DNA from: Candidatus Multivoradales bacterium
Lineage (GTDB): Bacteria > Acidobacteriota > Thermoanaerobaculia > Multivoradales > JAHEKO01
NCBI GenBank assembly: GCA_965248055.1
Contig: CBDFIJ010000004.1
Span: 1,472,001 to 1,536,000 of the forward strand
Reading direction: 5' to 3'
DNA length: 64,000 nucleotides
Both the position numbers and the translations under genes were made by a program. Positions within the stretch are counted from its first letter, which is position 1, and each line of letters opens with the position of its first letter. The notes under the pieces are model-generated. The model made no database searches, was not told the origin of the DNA, and was given only the letters and a program-made list of their open reading frames with translations. This document shows positions 57,289-64,000 of the stretch, in pieces.

Positions 57289-57540
57289 TCAGCGTTCCAG
57301 GACGCTTAGGATCCGGTCTCGTAGAGCGTTCGGTGCAGAATTGCGGCGAAGTCGCAAAGTCACCGAAGTCAAAAGCCGGGTGGTGTAGCCGACTCGACGC
57401 CAGCATTCTGGACAACGTTCTGCATGGCGATAAAACGACAGCATGGTCGCTCGATCTAGCTCGTTGTCATAGTAGAGAAAGACCATCTCTCGGATCTTTT
57501 CGCAGTCAATGTGGTCTTCGCACTCGGACTTGGTTTTCAT
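57289..57540 (-). CDS. Zinc-binding anti-sigma factor (zf-HC2, RsrA-like)
   Basis: DCEKI..YYDNEL..HAERCPEC..APNALRDRI. Confidence 0.88.
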   Translation of the reverse strand: MKTKSECEDHIDCEKIREMVFLYYDNELDRATMLSFYRHAERCPECWRRVGYTTRLLTSVTLRLRRNSAPNALRDRILSVLER

Positions 57541-57578
57541 CAGATCCTCTGTTTGGCTAACCCAGGCGTGGCCCGTAG

Positions 57579-58220
57579 TTATTCCAACTCCTTGGTTCTC
57601 TGCTTGCTCGGTCCATCCTCACGCAAATAACCCCGGCGGCGAGCGTATTCGAGCATCGCCGCTTCAAGCAGCTTGCGGCCCCGATACAGACGGCTCATTA
57701 CGGTACCCAAGGGAATATCCAAAATCTCCGCAATTTCCTTGTAGGAAAAATGTTCCAGGTCAGCCAAAATGACCGTCATTCGATAGTCCTCCGGCAGATT
57801 ATTCAGAGCCGTGACCACTCCTTCGTCGACCACTTTTTCGAGGAATTCGGCCTCTGGGTCGCGAATCGCTTCTCCCCAGGGTGAGGTCATGCGGCTCTCC
57901 AGGGACTCCTCGATCTCGCCAAAATCACTTTCAATCGGGCGCGACTGCGTTTTTCGATAGTTGTTGATGAAGGTGTTCTTCATGATCCGAAACAACCAAG
58001 CTTTGAGATTGGTGCCTTCCTCAAACTTGTCGTAGTGCCGGTATGCCTTAAAAAAAGTCTCTTGAACCAAATCCTCAGCATCGTGGGGATTTCTGGTCAT
58101 GCGTACCGCTGTGTTGTACAGAGCGTCCAGGTACGGCATGGTCGCCGATTCAAAATCCCAAGCCGTGATGGCGGTCGGCTCTGGATGTGCTTTTGGTTGT
58201 GCCACGGACGAACTTCCCAT
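57579..58220 (-). CDS. ECF sigma factor (SigR/SigH-like)
   Basis: [48 protein letters not shown]. Confidence 0.92.
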   Translation of the reverse strand: MGSSSVAQPKAHPEPTAITAWDFESATMPYLDALYNTAVRMTRNPHDAEDLVQETFFKAYRHYDKFEEGTNLKAWLFRIMKNTFINNYRKTQSRPIESDFGEIEESLESRMTSPWGEAIRDPEAEFLEKVVDEGVVTALNNLPEDYRMTVILADLEHFSYKEIAEILDIPLGTVMSRLYRGRKLLEAAMLEYARRRGYLREDGPSKQRTKELE

Positions 58221-58279
58221 CCCACTCAAATACGCAGGATTGGTGCCATTCTAATTGCTAGCTGGGCGACTCTGCAGGT

Positions 58280-58750
58280 CTAATCGGTTACGAGAGGTGG
58301 ATCATGAAATGAAGCACGCTTCCATTCACCGTCAACACACAACCAAGTGTGTGTAAAACGCAGAGTACGAGAGAACGCCTCTCCTTCACGGATTCCGGCA
58401 GCGAAATTCGACCCCGTGATCACCGCAACGTCATCGTAGATCTGAAAGCGCACGTCAGAGTTCTGGTACTCATCATAGCGGACCGTCCTTGATTCAATTC
58501 GTTTCCGTTCCGTTTGGATCCAAGACAGCCAATCACCCTTGCTCAAGACCAAGCCACTACCGTTGGTGTGAATATAGTCCTCGCTCAGCATTGAACCCAA
58601 CTTATCTTTGTCAGCTTGTAAGAATGCGTCCCCAAACTCCTCCAATCGAAGTACCAGAGAAGGAGTGCAGTCAGCAAGCTCAACCTTTCGATCGCATGCG
58701 CCAATAACCAACAATGCCACACAACCAAAAGTCGACTTCAATATGGACAT
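58280..58750 (-). CDS. NTF2-like (DUF4440) lipoprotein
   Basis: Lipobox IGA-C. LSEDYIHTN, DVAVITG, RFTHTW. Confidence 0.8.
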   Translation of the reverse strand: MSILKSTFGCVALLVIGACDRKVELADCTPSLVLRLEEFGDAFLQADKDKLGSMLSEDYIHTNGSGLVLSKGDWLSWIQTERKRIESRTVRYDEYQNSDVRFQIYDDVAVITGSNFAAGIREGEAFSRTLRFTHTWLCVDGEWKRASFHDPPLVTD

Positions 58751-58768
58751 AAGAGCGTGGCAAGTGAA

Positions 58769-60211
58769 TCAGTACGCGATAAGACTATCGGCAGCCCAAC
58801 GAATCGCCCACTCCGGCATCAAGCCGAGGAGTAGGATTCCTGCGGTACATAGGCTGACAGCGGCCCACAACCATGGGGAGGACAGCGGTTCTGGAGTCGC
58901 CTCGTCCGCGTCGTGCAGATACATGCGCACCACCAAGCCGAAGTAGTAGAACAACGACAATACGCTGGTTAACGCCCCGACCACAGCCAACCAGGCATAG
59001 CCTGACTCGACGGCGGCGCCAAACAAGTAGAGCTTGCCGACAAAGCCACCGGTGGGGGGGATGCCGGTCAACGACAACAGCAGGACCAGCAGCATCGCAG
59101 CCATTCCCGGCGATCTCGCCGCGAGACCCTTGTAGTCGTCATAGGTCTCGCCAGCGTAACCGCCTCGCTCTAAGGCGATGACCACGGCAAAAACTCCGGC
59201 CGTCATCAAGGTGTAAGCGAGCAGATAAAACAGCGACGCCCACAGCCCAGTGCGGCTGGCGGCAACCACGCCGATCAAAATGTACCCAGCATGGGCCACC
59301 GAACTGTAGGCCAGCATGCGCTTGACGTTGTCTTGGGTTAGGGCGGCCAGGTTGCCCCAGATCATGGTTAGGGCGGCGATTGCTGCGATCACCACCTGCC
59401 AGTCCAGAGAAACCGGCAGCGCTTGGTAGAACACCCGCAACAGGAAGGCAAAAGATGCCACTTTGGACCCGGTGGCGAGAAATGCCGTCACCGGGGTCGG
59501 CGCCCCTTCATAGACGTCGGGAGTCCAGACATGAAATGGCGCCGCAGCGACCTTGAACAACAAGCCAACGGCGAGCATCAACCAGCCTGCTGTAACCATC
59601 GGCGATGACACGCCAGTGGACAGGGCAGACCCCATTTCATCGAGGCGCAAGGTTCCGGTCGCACCGTAGAGCAGCGAAACTCCATAGAGCAGGATGCCGC
59701 TCGAAAGGGCGCCGAGGATGAAGTACTTGAGTGCAGCTTCCACCGATTTTCGCTGGTCGCGGAAGTATCCAGCCAACACGTAGCTCGCGAGCGCCATCAA
59801 CTCAAGGGAAATCCACATCGAGAGCAGATGGAAACCACTGGGAATCAACATCATCCCCACTGTGGCGAGCAGCTGCAGGGCAAAGAACTCGGTTGCTCGC
59901 ACCCGATGACCCTGGAGAAAGGGAACCGCCAGGATCACCGACAAAATAGAGGCCCCAATCAACACCAAGCGCCAAAAGAAGCCGAAGCCATCTGCAACAA
60001 ACAGCCCCGCCAAGATGACACCCTGATTTCCGCCGCAACCCAGAACCACCAACACCCCAGTAATCAGCAGGGCGACGATGCTGACGACACCCGCGGTCTT
60101 GGCCGAGAGTTCGCGGCGCCCCACAACCCCTCCCAGCAACAAGCCCAACGCGAGCGTCGCCAGGAAGACCTCAGGCGTCAGATAGAGAAACTCTGAGAAC
60201 GGGAACGGCAT
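58769..60211 (-). CDS. nuoN: NADH-quinone oxidoreductase subunit N
   Basis: EAALKYFILG, FKVAAAPFHVWTPDVYEGAP, KRMLAYSS. Confidence 0.95.
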   Translation of the reverse strand: MPFPFSEFLYLTPEVFLATLALGLLLGGVVGRRELSAKTAGVVSIVALLITGVLVVLGCGGNQGVILAGLFVADGFGFFWRLVLIGASILSVILAVPFLQGHRVRATEFFALQLLATVGMMLIPSGFHLLSMWISLELMALASYVLAGYFRDQRKSVEAALKYFILGALSSGILLYGVSLLYGATGTLRLDEMGSALSTGVSSPMVTAGWLMLAVGLLFKVAAAPFHVWTPDVYEGAPTPVTAFLATGSKVASFAFLLRVFYQALPVSLDWQVVIAAIAALTMIWGNLAALTQDNVKRMLAYSSVAHAGYILIGVVAASRTGLWASLFYLLAYTLMTAGVFAVVIALERGGYAGETYDDYKGLAARSPGMAAMLLVLLLSLTGIPPTGGFVGKLYLFGAAVESGYAWLAVVGALTSVLSLFYYFGLVVRMYLHDADEATPEPLSSPWLWAAVSLCTAGILLLGLMPEWAIRWAADSLIAY

Positions 60212-60216
60212 CTACC

Positions 60217-61758
60217 TTACTCGGCCTCCATCGCGTTTTCAGCCGCGGCAATCTTGCCCACCACGTAGTCAACCGGCTTTTCTAAGACGTCAAAGAATGG
60301 CTTGGGATAGAGACCGATCCAGAAGCAAAGCACCACCAGGGGCAGCAAATAACCCAGTTCGCGGCGACTCAAATCCAACAGACCTTCATTTTCTGGCTTG
60401 TCGATCGGCCCAAAAAACACCCGCTGGAACATCCACAACATGTACGCGGCTCCCAGCACAATCCCGGTCGCGGCAATCACTGCCCACCATGGGTTGCGCA
60501 GAAAGGCCCCCAGCAAGATCGCGAACTCGCCGACAAACCCATTGAGCGTCGGCAGCCCGATCGAAGACATGGTGATGATCAGAAAGATCGTCGCGTACAT
60601 CGGCATCACCGAAGAGATCCCGCCGTATTCAGAAATTAAACGAGTGTGGCGACGCTCGTAGAGGATACCCACTAGCAAAAACAAAGCACCGGTGGACAGC
60701 CCGTGGTTGATCATCTGCAGGATTCCGCCGCGCAGCCCGGCCACGTTGAGCGCAAACAGACCGATCATCACGAAACCCATGTGTGACACCGACGAGTACG
60801 CCACCAGCTTCTTCATGTCTTTCTGGGCCATCGCCACCAAGGCACCGTAAACGATACCGATCAGCGCCAACGCGGCGACCCATGGCATCCACCTGAGAGT
60901 TCCGGCGGGGACGATCGGCATCGCAAAACGGACGAACCCGTAGGTTCCCATCTTTAGCAGGACACCGGCCAAAATCACCGAACCAGCAGTCGGGGCCTCA
61001 ACGTGAGCGTCGGGCAGCCAAGTATGAAAAGGAAACATCGGAACCTTGATCGCAAAGCCGATGAACAAAGCCAGAAAGATCCAGCTCTGGAGACCGAACG
61101 GAATCAGGGCTCCGATCTCGTGGAATTTCAGTACCGAGAAAGTCGGGTCGTTACCTAGGCCTTCGACTCCCAGAAATCCACCAGCGTTGAAGAAATAGAG
61201 CGCCAGGATACCGAGCAACATCAACACCGAACCAAACAGCGTATAGAGGAAAAACTTGATCGCAGCGTAGCGTCTGCGGGCGCCACCCCAGATACCAATG
61301 ATGAAGTACATCGGCACCAACATCACTTCCCAGAAGACGTAGAACAGGAACAAATCCAGGGCCATAAAGGTGCCCAGCATGCCGGTCTGCAGCAGTAGCA
61401 GCCAGATGTAGTACTCCTTCTTGCGCTCGCTGATCGAAGACCACGAGGCGACGAACGCTAAGACCCCCAAAATGGTAGTCATCAGAATTAGCAGCAAGGC
61501 CATCCCGTCGATGCCAAATTCAAACCGAGCGCCAATGGTCGGAATCCAAGCCAAACTCTCGCGAAACTGAAACAACTCTCCCGAGCGCTCAAACGAAAAC
61601 CACAGCGGCAGAGCCACAACCATGTCGATGACGGCGACCCCAGTGGCAAACTTACGCACGGTCTCGCCATCGCGAAGGAATAAGCAGATCAGCGCCCCGA
61701 CCAAGGGCAAGAAACAGATCAAGCTGAGAATTGGTATCTGGTGTGTCCAGTCGAACAT
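60217..61758 (-). CDS. nuoM: NADH-quinone oxidoreductase subunit M
   Basis: FYVFWEVMLVP, KVPMFPFHTWLPDAHVEAP, KKLVAYSSVSH. Confidence 0.96.
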   Translation of the reverse strand: MFDWTHQIPILSLICFLPLVGALICLFLRDGETVRKFATGVAVIDMVVALPLWFSFERSGELFQFRESLAWIPTIGARFEFGIDGMALLLILMTTILGVLAFVASWSSISERKKEYYIWLLLLQTGMLGTFMALDLFLFYVFWEVMLVPMYFIIGIWGGARRRYAAIKFFLYTLFGSVLMLLGILALYFFNAGGFLGVEGLGNDPTFSVLKFHEIGALIPFGLQSWIFLALFIGFAIKVPMFPFHTWLPDAHVEAPTAGSVILAGVLLKMGTYGFVRFAMPIVPAGTLRWMPWVAALALIGIVYGALVAMAQKDMKKLVAYSSVSHMGFVMIGLFALNVAGLRGGILQMINHGLSTGALFLLVGILYERRHTRLISEYGGISSVMPMYATIFLIITMSSIGLPTLNGFVGEFAILLGAFLRNPWWAVIAATGIVLGAAYMLWMFQRVFFGPIDKPENEGLLDLSRRELGYLLPLVVLCFWIGLYPKPFFDVLEKPVDYVVGKIAAAENAMEAE

Positions 61759-61771
61759 GGTTACCTCTGCG

Positions 61772-63853
61772 TTACCGCCACAAGTACAAGCTGCTCAAAA
61801 TGAGTGCAAAGAGTCCGATCGCGATCGTCAACGCGTATTGCGAAACGCTTCCGGTTTGGAGTCCACGAAAAGCCTTGGAGCCTTGCTTCGATATCCAGCC
61901 AGAAAAATTAACCAAGCCGTCCACCACATAGCGATCAAGAAACCCGGACAACAAGGAAATCGCAACCGTCACGTGCCGGGTGCCATTGACCAAGATTCCG
62001 TCGATCACCCCATGGTCAAAGCGAAATAACCCTTGGGCCAAGGCCTTGGTTCCTCGAACTACGGTCGCGTCGTACAACTCATCGACAAAATATTTACCCA
62101 AAAACAAACGGTGAAGAGCCGGGAACCGTTGCGCCAACGCCTCGCCACCCGACAAACCCTTGTCGCCGCCGTAGGTTCGCCTAGCGAACCAAATTCCGGT
62201 CACTGCTACCACCACAGAGAGCACCAGTAGACCCCATTCGAGACTCAAAGACAGATGCTGGCCGTGTTCCTCGCCGTGGCCAACGTGAGCGATCACCGGA
62301 GACAAAAAGGAATCGATCCAGTTGCCGCCATTCCAAAAAGGCAAGCCCCAGAACTTGGGCATCCCCAGAAAACCAGCCACCACCGCACCAACCGCCAGAA
62401 TACGCAGCGGCCAGGTCATCACCGAGGGTGATTCATGCAAATGGTGCTCTTGGTCTTCGCTACCCCGAAACTCGCCGAAGAAGGTCATCCAGACAGCTCG
62501 GGACATATAAAACGCAGTTAGGCCGGCGGTGATCAGCCCGACGACCCAAAGTAGTGTCCAACCACCTTCAAAGGTCGACGCCAAAATCTGGTCCTTGGAG
62601 AAAAACCCCGCCAATGGCGGAATTCCTGCGATCGCCAGGGTGCCGATGGTGAAAGTCGTAAAAGTAGCGGGCATCCACTTACGCAAACCGCCCATCTTCC
62701 GCATGTCTTGCTCGCCGCCCATGGCGTGAATCACCGACCCAGAACCCAGAAACAGCAGCGCCTTGAAAAAGGCGTGGGTTCCGAGATGAAAGATCGCGGC
62801 ACTGTAGGCACCGACTCCGGCCGCCAAGAACATGTAACCCAACTGGGAAACCGTCGAGTACGCTAGCACTTTCTTGATGTCGGTCTGTGCCAAGGCGATA
62901 GTGGCGGCAAAGATCGCGGTCAGACAACCGACCACGGCAACAATCGCCGAGGTACTCGGCGCCAACTGGTACAGGGCGTTGGAACGCACCACCATGTAGA
63001 CACCGGCGGTGACCATGGTGGCGGCGTGGATCAACGCCGAGACCGGCGTCGGACCGGCCATGGCGTCGGGCAGCCAGACGTAAAGCGGAATCTGCGCGCT
63101 CTTACCGGTGGCGCCGATGAACAAACACAAAGTGACAAAACCGGCAAACGACATCCCCAACAGATAGTCGCCGGTGACCATCGCCGGATTGGCTTCGATG
63201 GCGTGGAAGATCTTGGCGAAGTTGAGGGTGCCAAACTTAGACACCAGGGCAAGCAACGCGATGATGAAGGCAAAGTCACCGATCCGATTGACCAAAAACG
63301 CCTTGCGACCGGCGAACGGGGGAAACTCTTCCTTGAAGTAGAACCCGATCAACAGATACGAACACAGCCCCACTCCCTCCCAACCGACAAACATCACCAA
63401 GTAGTTGCTGCCCAGAACCAGCAGCAGCATCGCCCCCATGAACAAGTTGAGATAGGTGAAATAACGCTGGTAGCCGTCCTCGTGCGACATGTAGCCAATC
63501 GAGTAGACGTGAATCCAGAATCCAACAAAAGTGACCACGAACAACATCACCGCCGACAACGGATCGAGCCGGAAACCGGCGTCAATCGTTACCTTCGCAG
63601 TTCCATCGGCGACCGGGTTGTCGCCAGCCTGAATCCACGAGTAGACGACCTGTTCGTAGGGTTTACCAGCGGCGTACTCCGCGCTTCCCAAGTAGCCACC
63701 AATCGCCATCACCGCCAGCAATGTGGTCAAGCCAATCGATCCGACAGCAATCACATTGACCGCCGACTTGCCGACGCGGCCTCTCAAGAAGACGCCATTG
63801 AGCAGCGCCGCAAACAGCGGCAGGCAAGGGATGATCCAGAGTAGATTCAGCAT
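61772..63853 (-). CDS. nuoL: NADH-quinone oxidoreductase subunit L
   Basis: GWEGVGLCSYLLIGF, GKSAQIPLYVWLPDAMAGPTPVSALIHAATMV. Confidence 0.96.
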   Translation of the reverse strand: MLNLLWIIPCLPLFAALLNGVFLRGRVGKSAVNVIAVGSIGLTTLLAVMAIGGYLGSAEYAAGKPYEQVVYSWIQAGDNPVADGTAKVTIDAGFRLDPLSAVMLFVVTFVGFWIHVYSIGYMSHEDGYQRYFTYLNLFMGAMLLLVLGSNYLVMFVGWEGVGLCSYLLIGFYFKEEFPPFAGRKAFLVNRIGDFAFIIALLALVSKFGTLNFAKIFHAIEANPAMVTGDYLLGMSFAGFVTLCLFIGATGKSAQIPLYVWLPDAMAGPTPVSALIHAATMVTAGVYMVVRSNALYQLAPSTSAIVAVVGCLTAIFAATIALAQTDIKKVLAYSTVSQLGYMFLAAGVGAYSAAIFHLGTHAFFKALLFLGSGSVIHAMGGEQDMRKMGGLRKWMPATFTTFTIGTLAIAGIPPLAGFFSKDQILASTFEGGWTLLWVVGLITAGLTAFYMSRAVWMTFFGEFRGSEDQEHHLHESPSVMTWPLRILAVGAVVAGFLGMPKFWGLPFWNGGNWIDSFLSPVIAHVGHGEEHGQHLSLSLEWGLLVLSVVVAVTGIWFARRTYGGDKGLSGGEALAQRFPALHRLFLGKYFVDELYDATVVRGTKALAQGLFRFDHGVIDGILVNGTRHVTVAISLLSGFLDRYVVDGLVNFSGWISKQGSKAFRGLQTGSVSQYALTIAIGLFALILSSLYLWR

Positions 63854-63856
63854 CGC

Positions 63857-64000
63857 CTAGCCTTTGAGCTCCTGAGCCAAGTCGACCTCGGCACCGCCGT
63901 GCAAGCGAAACAGCGCCACCAAAATCCCCAGCCCTACCGCCGCTTCTCCGGCAGCAACCGTAATGGTGAAGATGGTAAACACCTGCCCCAGCAGGTCCCC
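63857..64000 (-). CDS. nuoK: NADH-quinone oxidoreductase subunit K (3' part)
   Basis: GQVFTIFTITVAAGEAAVGLGILVALFR, directly upstream of nuoL. Confidence 0.92.
   Translation of the reverse strand, partial: GDLLGQVFTIFTITVAAGEAAVGLGILVALFRLHGGAEVDLAQELKG

Noticed and set aside
1-64000. rRNA/tRNA genes and the many short antisense ORFs in the track
   Set aside because: No cloverleaf or rRNA signature was seen. The short ORFs are shadows of well-supported genes in GC-rich DNA.

Overview
Bacterial chromosomal window of roughly 58-60% GC. Gene content suggests an Acidobacteriota (Thermoanaerobaculia-like) genome, which is inference only. 1-9 kb holds phosphodiesterase/sulfatase genes, a Nal1-like serine protease followed by a lipoprotein that copies its prodomain, and mdh. 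9.4-21.8 kb is an accessory hotspot. Two direct copies of a RAYT-type (Y1/HUH) transposase element and several 25-35 bp copies of its end motif (AAATC-N3-TGGYAC) delimit a patchwork of mostly truncated DNA: an Rhs toxin tip plus putative immunity gene, IS5 and IS3 stumps, a lipoprotein and a 5'-truncated CHASE2-TIR gene. The patchwork runs directly into the distal end of an integron (intI, attI, attC sites, cassettes, one intact IS5). 21.9-41 kb encodes tryptophan/anthranilate catabolism: an aryl-CoA ligase, a split abm-like operon bracketed by GGGGACAC palindromes, kynA and kynU but no kynB. It also carries an apparently catalytically dead secreted LacZ homolog. 41-64 kb is core-like: NDP-sugar dehydratases split by a MITE, lptD, thiolase, ruvX-mltG, a pseudokinase-TonB fusion, CsgG, ogt, GHMP kinase, M23 peptidase, an ECF sigma/anti-sigma/redoxin set and nuoKLMN. 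The top candidate for a new system is the RAYT end-delimited fragment-capture array coupled to the integron.
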